DNA of 64,000 nt from Octopus vulgaris (Eukaryota), in contig OX597817.1 in the NCBI GenBank assembly GCA_951406725.2, positions 157,914,001 to 157,978,000 on the forward strand, read 5' to 3'. Of this stretch, positions 50,345-64,000 are shown piece after piece. The first letter of the stretch is position 1. Every line of letters starts with the position of its first letter. The notes beneath the pieces are model-generated. The model worked only from the letters and a program-made list of their open reading frames with translations, searched no databases and was not told the DNA's origin. The position numbers were made by a program, and so were the translations under genes.

Positions 50345-52714
50345 ACTATCTGTCTGTCTCTTCCTCTCTTCCCTTTTCCAATTGTAGTGTATCTAGGACC
50401 ACATTATTCAATGTGTTCTTTAAGATAAGACAATCATAGGCAACTGGTGGTCTACGGAACTTTCTGAATGGCATGCGCAACAAAAAAATTACCTGGAGTA
50501 TTTTAGTATGCTGCTCCTCAAATGAGCCGTGTCTTATGCAGCCTGCTCTTTGAAAAAGGTTGCCCATGCCTGTAATAGGGTGTGGTTTGAAGAAGAGTTG
50601 GCTGTTTTTTCTAGTATATCGTGCAACTATGTAGAGAATCTTTCGTTGGCTCAGGATTTAACTGCTGTAAGATACAGCAGTAAGACTACTCTTGTGAATA
50701 AAGGCAATGCTTGTTATTTAGCTCCCAGATCAGCTCTGATCAAACAACCCTAGATACTCCTAGATAGTATTCAACTAAATTATTAGGTGAGACCAGTAAC
50801 CCACAGATCCATTGTTCCAGATATACAATACCTATTTCTTTACTACCCACAAGGGGCTAAACACAGAGAGGACAGACAAATGGATTAAGTCGATTACATC
50901 GACCCCAGTGTGTAACTGGTACTTGATTTATCGACCCCGAAAGGATGAAAGGCAAAGTCGACCTCGGCGGAATTTGAACTCAGAACATAACGGCAGATGA
51001 AATACGGCTATGCATTTCGCCCGGTGTGCTAACGTTTCTGCCAGCTTGCCACCTTCCAGATATACAATACCTCCATCTCGCTGGTGAGCTTACTACACAT
51101 TCTGATATGCAGTATTTGATTGTATACAGTACATTCTTGCAGTTTTTAACATGTCCAGTCTATTTCTGTATGCGACTCTCTTCCCAGTCCAGTCTATTTT
51201 TGTGTGTCTACAGAATCTGGTGGTGTCCATCACAGCACAGTGCTTAGTGATGATGAAGCTTTTGATGATGTGTGTATTTGGTTTTTATGTTTGTCCAGGC
51301 TGAGCAGGAGATGTACTGTTTTTAGGACAGCATTTTAATAATGTTCAGAAGTGTTGTTAAATGCCTTCCATAAACCGAAACACATCTACATGTGCAAGGA
51401 CCATGGAGGTTGGGATTTCCTACTGCAGCAATTTTTCTCCTCCCTTTTTTCATCTTTTACTTGTTTCAGTCATTAGACATTAGACATACTGGGGGACCCC
51501 CTTGAAAAATTTTAGTTGAATGAATTAACCCCAGTACTTTTTTTTGTGAAACCTGGTATTTATTCTATTGCTCTTTTTGCCAAACTGCTAAGTTACAGGG
51601 ACATAAACACACCAACACCAGTTGCCAAGTGGTGGTGGGTGGGGACAAACACGTGTGTGTGTATAATATATATATATCATTGCCAGTGCTGCTGGACTGG
51701 CTCCTGTGCAGGTTGCACATAAAAAACACCATTTGAGTGTGGCCATTGCCAGTACCGCCTGACAGGCCCTCATGCCGGTGGCACGTAAAAGCACCCACTA
51801 CACTGTCAGAGTGGTTGGTGTTAGGAAGGGCATCCAGCTGTAGAAACTCTACCAGATCAAGATTGGAGCCTGGTGCAGCCATCTGGTTCGCCAGTCCTCA
51901 GTCAAATCATCCAACCCATGCTAGCATGGAAAGTGGACGTTAAACGATGATGATGAGATGTGTGTGTGTGTGTGATGGGCTTCTTTCATTTGCCATCTAC
52001 CAAATCCACTTACAAGGCTTTGGTTATCCTGAGGCAATAGCAAAAGACAGTTGCCCAAGATGCCATGCAGTGGGATTGAACCCAGAACCATGTGGTTGGG
52101 AAGCTAGCTTCTTACCACACAGCCATGCCTGACCCTAGTTTTTTTTATATTTATATTTTAGTATTTTTATTGCTTTGTGTCTACAGTCTATGCGTGTAGT
52201 GTGTGCAACATGGTACTTCTGTTGTGTGTGGTTTTAGTGCTATTTTAGTTATTGTGGGCAGTAGTGGTACTGCAGTTGTGAGAGGTAGGGCTGATATGGG
52301 ATGTAGTGATTGCTGTATCAGTTATAAATAGTAATGTCTAACCCATTCAATACATGAAAATAGAAAAATTTGCTCCTAAACCATTTTGTTAAATAATTAA
52401 TTTCTTGTTCATGTTATGAAGAATTATATTGATTTATTGTAGAACATGCTATAGTGTGTGTGTGTATGTGTGCGTTTTACTCCATTACCATTATTGATAT
52501 ATATGTTGGCCACATCCTCATCATACTGGCTAGAAAGATGCTATCCTTTCTCTTACAATCAGCTTTCAGTTGGTATTTTTGAAATGGAGAGGGTGGTAGA
52601 GTGGAAGAATTAGCAGAATACTGGACTAAGAAAAATGCTTCACAGTATTTAACTTCATGGCTTTACCTTTTACATTCTCATGATTGTTAAAATAAATACC
52701 AGTAATTTAGTAGG

Positions 52715-53098
52715 ATTGAAATCGAAATTGAACCAATCCTATGACTGGCACCCGGCAGATGCCAGGACCCCTGGACTGGAGATACGTAAAAAGCACTATC
52801 CGAATCGTGGCCGTTGCCAGCGCCGCCTCGACTGGCTTCCGTGCAGGTGGCACGTAAAATGCACCAATCCGACCATGGCCGATGCCAGCCTCGCCTGGCT
52901 CCAGTGCAAGTGGCACGTAAAAAGCACCCACTACACTCTCGGAGTGGTTGGCGTTAGGAAGGGCATCCAGCTGTAGAAACATTGCCAGATAAGACCGGAG
53001 CCTGGTGCAGCCTTCTGGCTTCCCAGATCCGCGGTCGAACCGTCCAACCCATGCTAGCATGGAGAACGGACGTTAAACGATGATGATGATGATGATGA
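52715..53098 (+). mobile_element. RTE LINE 3' UTR fragment. Related copies at ~9070-9287, 10739-10864, 14745-14921, 16905-17215, 24505-24697, 41377-41492, 44005-44177, 48298-48445 and 51677-51956
   Basis: Shared GGTTGGCGTTAGGAAGGGCATCCAGCTGTAGAAAC...CCATGCTAGCATGG...(GAT)n terminus. Confidence 0.88.
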
Positions 53099-54721
53099 TT
53101 TCTTACAAATTTGTGGCCTCTGTCAATGCGAGGTTTTTATTTTTTATAGTTGGTGGTCTTGGCTTCAATCTCATTGCATGGCACCTTGAACAAGTCTTTT
53201 CTACTCTAGCCCCAGGCCAACTAAAGTCTTGTGAGTGGATTTGGTAAATAGAAACTGATAGAGATCTGTCATGTATATAATACATTAGTATCAAACAAGG
53301 AGAATGAGTGCTCAACACTGCATTGGTGGATAAAAATTATTTATGGATTAAGGTTACCGTTGGTTTCATGTTAGGAGATATCTCTCTTAATAATTATTAA
53401 CATGCCACATGGAACATCGGTGTTCATTTCCACATATGCACATACACGCACACATATACATGCATGTGTTTGTGTGTACCCTTGTCATGACATTATGTGA
53501 TGATTGTAAATGAGCATTGCAATCATACAAGTGATGGTGTTCATTTCCAGTCTTCCATCTCTGATTATGGGGAAATATTACCTTGCCTGGTAATAGGAAG
53601 AGCAATCAGGCCATAGAAAAAAATCTACCTCAATGAATTGTCTGACCCATGAAAGCATGAATAACTGGATGCTAAATGAGAATATTAAAAAATTTATGTT
53701 CCAAGGAATTGATTGGGCATATAAAATTGTACGTGTACTTCAGTAATTCATTTTGCTTGTCATCCAGGATCTGAGTATTATAGTAAGGGCCAGATTTAGA
53801 TAAGATGAGGCCTTAACTTGTAGGATTCTGTAGAGGTCCTAATGCTTGTGAATTCTTAACAAAGGCTGTGTAACTACTAAACATGGAAAGAATGCTGCCA
53901 TGATACATAAGAGAGCTAAGAAAGAGGAAGTTATTTCTTAGGAAATTTAAAACATACCTTTAATTATAGTTTCAAAACTTTATCAATAAGAAAATAATAT
54001 TGAAAATTTTTTTCCCAGTGAATTAAATGAACGCATTAAATTCCTAGGACTGCCTGTTTACCTTAGACCTTCAACAAGGGCAATCAAGTACTCTGTCAAA
54101 GACATAAGAAACAGATAGACAGGGGAGAGGTGACTGTTTAATCTTATTGGGGCCAACTTCTCAAGCATGGGTGTTGCAATAAAATATACCCAGCTCATAT
54201 TGTAAAGTAGTTGGTAGTATGAGAGGCATCCAGTTAAAAGCCATACCAAAAATAATTGTATATACAACCATAGAGATAGCCTGTTTTTCTGTTATGTATA
54301 CCACATGATGGCCATGATATGTGATTAGGTGGTGTGAGACCCATCTATTTTATGCCTACATGGAAAAATAGATGCAAAAATTATGGTGATAATTTTAAAT
54401 GCTTTTATAAACCCATAGTCATCAGAAAATATATTTATTACTTCAATATAAATATAAATTATAAAATTATAATAATGAAAAAGAATTCTGAGAGGCATTA
54501 AGCTGTAGCTTGTTTAGTTTATGCCTAATAATAATTGATTCAAGTAGTTTTCTGTAGGTAGATCTTATCTTGACTGCATAAAAGAGGTATTGGTAAATAG
54601 TCAGTAACCATGCAGTTCTTGTTAAAGCTAAACCTTGGTCTAATATGACTATTGAAAATTATTTCTATAATTACCATTACTGGTCATTACTATTATTAGA
54701 ATAGGGCTGTGGCAAGGATTT

Positions 54722-54757
<36 letters not shown>

Positions 54758-55231
54758 GAGAATTTACTAAAAACAGAAGACGAAAACGGGTGTGTAAACA
54801 ACAAACAGATGTATTAGTTTAACACTCAGGAAGTGAGAAAGTCTTTTACATTTCGAGCCTACACTCTTCCACAGAAAGAAACATGAAAATAAAAATGGTT
54901 TAGTGGCTAGCAACCTATCATGGCTATATATATGTGTATGCCCTATCTTGTGACTGTATCTGAGGCTCAGAGGCTTCAAACACAGCCACCTCTCCTCACC
55001 AAACACTGTGGTCTTGTGCTACAATCATATATTCTGCCATTGTTCCACCTTTGTCACCCATAGGCCAAATTTCTGTTCTGGGCTCTTATAATGTGGGCAA
55101 AATATTGCAGTTTTTGCCATCTGAGCATATATATAAGGAAAGAGAAAGGGAGAGAAACGTGTATATGTTACTACTTTTGAGTTTGGTCTTTTTGAGAAGT
55201 CTCAAGGAATCATGGGTATTGATACTGGTAA

Positions 55232-55550
55232 CAATAATAATAATAATGATAATAATTGTGTACAGTGCTCAGGTGCACTACATCTCATCTAAAGTGTATA
55301 TATAATCAGGTGTAGTTTCGGCGGATTTCGGAAAGCATGAGGGCCTTAAAGGATGCAGTGTCATGGCAGTCAACAACTGACGCAGGCAGTTTATTCCATG
55401 CTTCAGCAACTCTGAGCGTGAAAAAATGTTTCCGAAAGTCATGGGAGCTGTGTTGTTTTCTGACTTTGTAGGCATGTCCACGTGTGTTAGACACATGGAG
55501 ATCAAAAAGGTGTTCAGTGTTGTTGTTGGTCAGGTGGTTGATAACTTTGT
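55232..55550 (-). mobile_element. CR1/L2-type LINE 3' fragment, same family as 6001-6438 (a more diverged relative lies at ~12085-12373)
   Basis: NTRGHAYKVRKQHSSHDFRKHFFTLRVAEAWNKLP, nearly identical to the 6 kb copy. Confidence 0.85.
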
Positions 55551-56155
55551 TAGTGTCAGATTTAAAACTTCGACAACAGTTAAGTCCTGGTATGGTAGAC
55601 TTCAGGATTTATTTTTCTTAAGTTTTTTTAAGAATTTTATTTATCTAATGCTGTTAGTAGAGGTCCCTTCTAATTTTTTGTGATACTTTGTATAAAATTA
55701 TTGTGCTTTCAACTAATGCTTTTCTATCTAATTTTATTTCATGTACTTTATTCTTTTCTACTCTAGGCACAAGGCCCGAAACTTTTGGGGAGGGGGCCAG
55801 TCAATTAGATCGATCACAGTATGAAGCTGATACTTAATTTATTGACCCCGAAAGGATGAAAGGCAAAGTCAACCTTGGCGGAATTTGAACTCAGAATGTA
55901 AAGACAGACGAAATACTGCTAAGCATTTTGCCCTGTGTGCTAGCGTTTCCGCCAGCTTGCCACCTTATTTCATGTACTTTATTATAATGAGTTGTGATGG
56001 CTCTTGTAAATGCATGGTCAATAAACAATCAAGTGTTGTATTTGCTTATGCAATGCAACAGTCTGAGTCATGAAGTTAACCACTTTCATGTTTACATTGA
56101 GAATTATGCATAGTTCATTGGTTGACTGAAGTACATTCTCTAGTATATTAGTTTA

Positions 56156-56468
56156 CTAGCTGACCACGTGCTGTCAGTAATGATGGCTAATTGTAGTACA
56201 TAAGGTGCATAATAATCACACATACATTCACACGCAACCCTTGTACACGCAAACACATACACACATATACTCACACACTTGAAACACTGGGTTTTTTTTC
56301 ACCCCTTTCTTCCTTATTCATCTATCACCCCCTTTTCTCTCATTGTTATTACTTTCTCTCACTCCCTCTCAGTCAGGGCTATTACTCTCACTACTTCTCC
56401 TTCACTGAATTACTATTTTCTCTCCTCCTCCGCGTCCACCATGATTCTGGACAAATATATATATATAA

Positions 56469-56514
<46 letters not shown>

Positions 56515-56537
56515 ACTACGCTTATTATTATATTAGT
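56156..56537 (-). mobile_element. Probable Helitron-like element
   Basis: Minus strand starts CTAATATAATAATAAG and ends CTGAC...GTCAG hairpin followed by CTAG|T. Confidence 0.55.
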
Positions 56538-57160
56538 TTATGATTTTGTATTTCAGTCTGGTGTTGTAATATATTCAAAATATATGTTTGTGCTTAACTG
56601 TGATAATGTTGCATTCTGTTTTACAAAGTTTTGATGACATAACTGTTCTGTAACCAGAGTGCATTTGGTTTTTATAGTATACAGAGTGTGGTTTGTTTAT
56701 TTTTGTGCGAGTTGCATCTGTTGTATCAACAAGAATGAATTTATTCCTGTATTATTCTCTGGCCTAGTTCACTAATCTGTTGGGATACTTGCTATTAATT
56801 GTTTGTTTTACACTCAAGATTTCTTTATTTAAATTTTCTTTAGCAGACAAAAATTTAAAAGCTTGTCTAAAAGATTTGATTATAAATATTTTATATCTAT
56901 GGGAGCACTATCACTGTGCTTATATAACATGTGAGCATTTGTTTGTTGGGGTTTAGTGTGTATGTAGTGAGGTGTTCTTTACATAAACACCTGAGTGAAA
57001 AGCCTTATGTTTATAAAATGAAGTTGATGAATTTTATACAGTATCTGAAAAGTTGAAAGTATGTACATTGTAAAAGCATATGGATTGAAAGAGAATTCAG
57101 TAGTTAGCATGTCAGATATCATGTAGTGTATACATATGTATGTATACATCAGTATACATA

Positions 57161-57362
57161 CATGCTGTCCTGAAAAATTCCTAGCTTTAAGGGTATCACG
57201 AAAAGCTTTGTTGGAGGCCCAAAGTTTCAAGTTCTTTTACAGGGTTTAGAAAAACTGAATAGTGTGAATCTGAGAGGGAGAATATTTTGAATAAAATCAT
57301 AATTAACTGATACTCTAGTATTTTCATTTACTCAGAGCCAGGAACTTTTCAGCACCCCGTTG
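57161..57362. mobile_element. Decayed Tc1/mariner-type MITE
   Basis: Imperfect TIRs CTGAAAAATTCCTAGCT / AGCCAGGAACTTTTCAG with TA flanks. Confidence 0.5.
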
Positions 57363-58475
57363 TATATTGTTTCATTGAAGTAATTAAAGGTTATAAAGGA
57401 AATGAAGTTTTATTTTGTTCATTAGATTTTTGTTGGTGCTGTTTATTTTATTATTTAAGTTAAGTGTGGTGATTGCACAAAATCTGTTGCTGAATATAGC
57501 TAGGTTCATTTATATTCCAAATTCGAATTCTATAAAAGTTGCCTTCTCTTATCATTTTTCTAAGAATGACATCAATTGTTACATACGGAATTTAATTCAC
57601 TTGACTACACCATTCCACTAACTTTCATGGTCTTGTTCCTCTGTGAGAAATCATTTGATAAGGTGAAGATTATAATCTCTGAAAATATAAGGACACAGAT
57701 CATGTCGTATAGCCAGCTGGAGACGATGTCTCCTGGAGCTAAGTTACAGCAACATTCATCCTTAGCCAGGACTGCCATGTTATGTTGGCAAATAATCTTT
57801 ACTCCAAAGTACTGTCGCTGAATCTCTCTCGTTGTGAGATTTACAAATAGTAATTCTCTAATTAGTCAAAGTTGCCCAAAATATGATCCCATAGTTTTAT
57901 TTTTTTACTAAAAATAATTAGTGTCCCATAATGTATGATATTTCCAGCTGCTATTCTCTGAATGCATGCCAAAATAACGATTTTTTTTTTATACAGGCTT
58001 AAAATTCAGATTTTTGGAAGCCATGACCTCAAAGTATTATCATTGTAACAATTACAATTGGAAACTGAAAACATGTTGAGGTACCTGTTTATCAAGAGCA
58101 TTCAGCCATACAACAATGTTCTCAGCTATTTGGATATGAAATAACAATGGAAGAAGCTTGGTGATTGATTGATATGAGACTCAAGATTCCAGCTCAAAAT
58201 TGTAAACTGGACATTGTAGTGTGTCTTTACTGTGCTGGTTTCAACCTAGCTAGAAAATGACTATTAACCCCCTTCTCACACTAGATTTGGTAGGGCTTAG
58301 GATAAGCATCCAGTTGTTTCCAAATAAAGACAGCAGACAGGTGTTTATATTTGCAGACCCATCTAAACCTTACATTAGAAATATAGATATAAAATGATTT
58401 AGAAGAAAATTAGTGTTATATTGTGAAGTATATTTGCCACTTAAATGTGGCTAACCACTAAGGGTGGATGCTACT

Positions 58476-58722
58476 GTAGCTTGTAGCCCAAGGAGAACTT
58501 CTCCAGCTGGCTATTGACACACTTTCTGTGCCCTATCAGTATTTGCAAAGGGAAGCCATCTTTCCCATTGTCAACCTGACGTGATACACACGGACCCGGG
58601 TTTCTGCATATCACGTCAGGATGGAGATGGGAAGGATGGCTTCCTTTTGCAAATACTGATAGGGCACAGAAAGTGTGTCGATAGCCAGCTGGAGAAGATG
58701 TTCTCCTGGGGCTACAAGCTAC
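58476..58722. mobile_element. Fold-back MITE-like palindrome
   Basis: ~115-bp near-perfect inverted arms. A decayed copy of one arm lies at ~57705-57770. Confidence 0.8.
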
Positions 58723-61052
58723 TGTTCAGAGAATTATTATAGTGTTATATTCTTATATTGGTAAATTAGTAGTGTTAAAATAGTAACGAAGTCTGAATTA
58801 TCTGGTACTTTTCAATCTTTTTTAATGATTGAAAAAAAAAGATGTGGAAGGCAAAATGTTAGTAATTTGGAACAAGAATGTAAATTTATTCAATCACTTA
58901 ATAATTGTTACCTGTATTTATATGATCAACCTTAGCAGAACCTTTTATGAGGTCATATGGCCTGTTGGAAATATCCAAGTACACTCTGCTAAGTGATTAG
59001 TGTTAGGAAGGGTATCCAGCTGTAGAAACCATGCCAAAAACGGGATATATGTGCATGGTCCTCCAATTCATCTGGTAGAGCAAGTAACTCTGAATAAGAA
59101 CTAATTCAGACCATGAGAATCCATACTAGCTTGGAAAGCTGATATATAATGATTATAATGGATAAAATTTAGTTACTTTTTAAATCTGGAAGCCTAAAAT
59201 AGGCAGAGAAGGTCAGCTTATTTTCATGTAGCATTCAAACCAGTCATATCCGGCCCAAATAATCTACCTGTTTTTTGTGTTTAAACTGACCACATCTGGC
59301 CTCTCACACCTACTCTGCAATGTCATTCTAAAAGTAAACAATCACATCATCGAAATACAGAAGCGACAAGATAATACGTGGTTAATTCAAAACAATGCGA
59401 ATAAATAAGCATTACACTTGACTGAGCAATCTGAATATGAAAAGATTACGGAACGAAATAACAGAAAATCTTTATAGGTGCAGGAGTGGCTATGTGGTAA
59501 GTAGCTTGCTAACCAACCACATGGTTCCGGGTTCAGTCCCACTGCGTGGCATCTTGGGCAAGTGTCTTCTGCTATAGCCCCGGGCCGACCAATGCCTTGT
59601 GAGTGGATTTGGTATACGGAAACTGAAAGAAGCCTGTCGTATATATGTATATATATATGCATGTACGTGTTTGTGTGTCTGTATTTGTCCCCCTGGCATT
59701 GCTTGACAACCGATGCTGGAAAAGAGACCGATAGAATAAGTACTGGGCTTACAAAGGATAAGTCCTGGGGTCGATTTGCTCGACTAAAGGCGGTGCTCCA
59801 GCATGGCCGCAGTCAAATGACTGAAACAAGTAAAAGAGTAAAAGAGAGTGAGACAGACTGAAAGTTATATTCCAATATTTTTTTTGTTTTTTCTCTCTTT
59901 CAAATATCTGATCAATTTTCTCTGTCTCTTTTTAGGGTAATGAAAACTCACTGCCAATGGAGCTTTGCTCCAACTGTAAGTATATCTTCTATTTATTCTC
60001 AATGTTTGCTGTTTCTCCTTTAGATTTACTAATTTGTAAAACTTCTTAATGACTTGTTGTGATGAGGAAATAGTTGTCATATCACTTTGAAAAATGGTTT
60101 TGAATTTTTAACTTTCCTGCGAGATGGGATTTCTTCTCCTCACCTTTTTTTTTTTTTTTTCTGCCATAATCTAACCTGAGTAAAATCTCAATGGTACAAT
60201 GATGATGAAGTTGGAATATTTCATTTTTCTTCAAATATTTTTTTAAAAAATGTATGATAAAAATAACAATGAAATATGCCAAACAGTAATCTCTGCAGTT
60301 TATCAGAAAATTCTGTCTAAAAGTATAGTAATTGATTTCCTGATTTCTATGGAAATCATCAGTTGTTTTTAAAAAGCTTTTGATAATACTATCCTTTTCC
60401 ATTAGCTCTTGGAAAAAATTTTAATAAGCATTTGCTAACAAAATATTTGTTGGTTAAAAAATACCGTTATTACTTTCAACACTGAGCTGTTCTGGTGGCA
60501 CCATTTTACAGTTTATTTGGTTGTCTTTTTACAGAGTCAAATAAACAGTGCCAGTGATAAGTCACGATAAACGTCGCCCTTTTCAAGCCTAGCCAGGCTA
60601 ATGGGCCCGTTTTCCTGGTTTCTGTGGTGTATGTGTTCCCCCCAGCTGGACGGGACGCCAATCCATCACAGTGTTACTCAAAAAACAGGAAGAGAAAGTG
60701 AGAGAAAGTTGTGGCAAAAGAGTACAACAGGGGTTACCACCACCCTCTGCTGGAGCCTCATGGAGCTTTTTAGGTGTTTTTGCTCAATAAACAAACACAA
60801 CGCCTGGTCTGGGAATCAAAACTGCGAGTCTGCTGCCCTAACCACTGGGCCATTGCACCTCCACAGTGATAAGTCAACCACCTGTAATTTCATTTATGAG
60901 GATAGAACTCAGTTGATTTAGTGACATTTGTGATGAAAATTTTAAAGGATCTAATTGAAATTTTAAAAATTGTGAATGGATTATTGGATGAGCATTCTAC
61001 ACTATTGAAAATATAGGAACTTGATAGAAATAAGTGATGGCCTGTGTTTTTA

Positions 61053-61458
61053 TACTTAAGCTACTTTTTACTACCCTTAATGGTGCACAGACCATTGACA
61101 ACTTTGCTCCAGTGTTCTCAACTCTGGGTTTTTTCTGCTTCTCTCCATGGGGTTCCTGCTTTTTTTGACTTTGCAGCTTTTTGGATTTTGCTACACCATG
61201 TTATATGTTTTCCTGGGGAAGGTTTTCCTCTCCCTAATGCTATTAGTTTCGAATTTTTATTAATACATCTGTAACTTTGCATTTTCCTAGGTAGGGGTCT
61301 TGTCCCTATCCAAAATCATTTTTGCCTCTGGCAAGAGGTGGTCCATCTTAGTCTGGCCTCTCCTTTGACCTGTCCAACATGGGAGGCCTACAAGATGCTT
61401 GCACTTTACTGGCATAGCTCTCCAGGTCATTGACACAAGCCACTTCACCACAACAAGG
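61053..61458 (-). mobile_element. Second bipartite RTE derivative
   Basis: Alignable by eye to 16172-16488 (GAGGTGGTCCAT...TTTGACCTGTCCA...CAACAAGG on +). Confidence 0.6.
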
Positions 61459-63098
61459 ACTAGTCATCCTAGTGGGATGGCTTATATTGGCAAAAACTAA
61501 TTAATAGCATATGTAGAATAAAATATAAAACCGTTTTAAAGATTCGTGAAAAGCTAAAAGGAACAAAGATTGAAATGAAGGAAGACTTACCTGCCACATA
61601 ATTATATTTGATTTCAAAAGGCCAACCCAAAGACGATAAGCTAGTGTTTGAAGTGTTGGACTCAAAAACATGGTTGTGGATTCTTGCATCATATGGTACA
61701 TATATCTCTTTCATCACGGTATTCATCTCCTATTTCTCCACTTTACTCAGTCGAAATGAATATCAGCTGGTGCTGCTCTCCCTCCATCTGTCACATCCTG
61801 GATGTTCCATTAGTCAAGTGTATGAGGAATGAGTAGGTGTGTATTCTATGTCTGAATACGATTACAATCAGTGAAAGTATGGTACATGATACCAATTCAT
61901 ATTTGATTCCAAGTAATAACTAGTTTTTAGTTAACCTCAACAGCTTTGAAAAATATAATAGAATGCTATTAATTCAATTTATTGGTTAATAAATAGATGT
62001 TAATTGGGTAAGCTAAGAATACAAAGATGCATGAAAAATGTAATTGGCAAAAATTCATAGTTTTGAATATAATTTCAAACTATTCACTTTTTGCTACATT
62101 TTGAAGGAAACTATTAACTCTATAATTTGCTTTATCTGTTATCAGGAAAAAATAATTAGTAGGTCTAAAGGCATGATTGTAAAAGTTACAACAATTGCCA
62201 GACAAAATAACTGTTTGTATGCAGTATTGTTGTTCCAATGTAAAAGATCCTTGGAGCTCATCCAAATTTTCAATTTTGTCATTTTCTTTATATAATTCAA
62301 ATGTGAAACATCAAGAATTGTTGACAAGTTTTATAGGGTTAAACATTATTTTAAAGAATTAAGTTTGAAACTCATCTGGTTTACTTTATTAATTGCAATG
62401 CTCCAGAGAAAGGCTTACATCTTTTGAGTGCAAACCCTTTTGGAGAGATCATCAAAAATAAGAAAACTTACTTGAAAATAGATTTTGATGATGAAGAAAG
62501 GAAACCTTAAATGTATATCTGATTACAAAATGCCAGATAAACTATTTCTTATGAGCTTAATATTTTAATTGATCCTTTTAACTCTTCTGCTACCAACTAT
62601 TTGAGACATTCTTCTGGGCTGTTTTTATCTTAATACAAAACTCTTTATCTTAAAGTATTCTTCATAATTTTACAGAAGAACCTTTTATGTTCCAAACACC
62701 AGGTTAAAATAGATATAAATGAAAAAGTTATTTTACTATATACAACCAAATTCTTGATTCTTTTCAAATTCATAGAAATACACAGTGTATTTTACTAGAA
62801 ATATGGTTATGAAAGAGTTAAACATATTATACCCCATTTTTTAGTTATATTCTTGCTTCTTACTCTAGCAAGGTGTCCAGCCACCAGTCATTTCAAATTG
62901 ATGCAAAAGTCTATTTCTTGATATCACATTAAAGGTTTAGTCACAATTTCAGTCTAGTGGCAAACGATCAGGCCAATGAGGAAACGTGGAGCCTTGAGAA
63001 CATGGGCCCATGAGCTTAAAGAAAGTGACTTTTCAAATGACTCTAACATTTGAGTTGGCCTGATTAGTGTCATTTGTTTTCAAATGAAGATCTATATA

Positions 63099-63263
63099 GG
63101 CGCAGGAGTGGCTGTGTGGTAAGTAGCTTGCTAACCGACCACATGGTTCCGGGTTCAGTCCCACTGCGTGGCATCTTGGGCAAGTGTCTTCTGCTATAGC
63201 CCCAGGCCGACCAATGCCTTGCGAGTGGATTTGGTAGACGGAAACTGAAAGAAGCCTGTCGTA

Positions 63264-63327
<64 letters not shown>

Positions 63328-63535
63328 CATGTTTGTGTGTCTGTGTTTGTCCCCCTAGCATTGCTTGACAACCGATGCTGGTGTGTTTACGTCCCCATCA
63401 CTTAGAGGTTCGGCAAAAGAGACCGATAGAATAAGTGCTGGGCTTACAAAGAATAAGTCCCGGGGTCGATTTGCTCGACTAAAGGCGGTGCTCCAGCATG
63501 GCCGCAGTCAAATGACTGAAACAAGTAAAAGAGTA
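63099..63535 (+). mobile_element. SINE family B with internal (TA)n/(TG)n spacer. Other copies at ~59477-59848 and 47542-47918 (+), and 4813-5196, 17930-18292 and 45695-46137 (-)
   Basis: GGCGCAGGAGTGGCTGTGTGGTAAG...GGTTCAGTCCC head and GAAACAAGTAAAAGAG tail, repeated across the window. Confidence 0.9.
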
Positions 63536-64000
63536 TACAATCTTTGCAAATTTCTTCAAATGACGATAATTTACAATTATTTTATTTTTCTAATTATTTT
63601 ATCTCTCTAATATCAAGTTAATTTTAAGATGATCAAGAACAAAAGAATAAAATCATCAAATGTAATATCAAACCAAGTTAGTATATAATATTATATACTT
63701 GAATTATTAAGGCCACACTTTCAAATCATCAAAGACTCCAAATATCTGAAATTCAAAGAAAACAAATATTAAATGCATTAAAAAGTTTTATGAATTCTGA
63801 AAATTTGTGATGACTATATAAATATTAATGTCATTTGACTTGGAAATATAAGCCATTTATGCACTTCTGCAAATGAACATTTGTACATTTAGTACTTGCA
63901 CAAATGTATACATTTTAATTTTGATTTTTTTTTTCACTTGCACAGTGAACATGTTTGTGCCTGGCCATTCTACATCATGATTGAAAAAATACTTGCAAGG

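Overview
AT-rich, repeat-dense animal genomic DNA. The SINE/LINE families look like those of an octopod cephalopod (inference). Two complete spliced protein-coding genes can be reconstructed by hand, facing each other tail to tail. JKAMP (+) has 6 coding exons over 6689-17583 (301 aa). EEF1G (-) has 11 coding exons over 36438-28847 (423 aa) and a 5'TOP start. A probable first exon of a third, unidentified gene starts divergently from the EEF1G promoter (~36600-36900, +), and I found no convincing coding exon in 37-64 kb. The rest is interspersed repeats: three tRNA-derived SINE families, RTE and CR1/L2-type LINE fragments, bipartite RTE derivatives, non-autonomous Helitrons, TTAA-flanked and fold-back MITEs, and microsatellites. 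Almost all ORFs in the supplied track are microsatellite or repeat artefacts. The best leads are a well-formed type I hammerhead ribozyme motif at 19280-19368 (-) with degenerate relatives elsewhere, structured EEF1G intron elements (a possible poison exon and an atypical H/ACA-like RNA), recurrent SINE dimers, and long inverted repeats that could be ADAR substrates. I did not find a clearly new multi-gene system. All structural calls were made by eye and are unverified.
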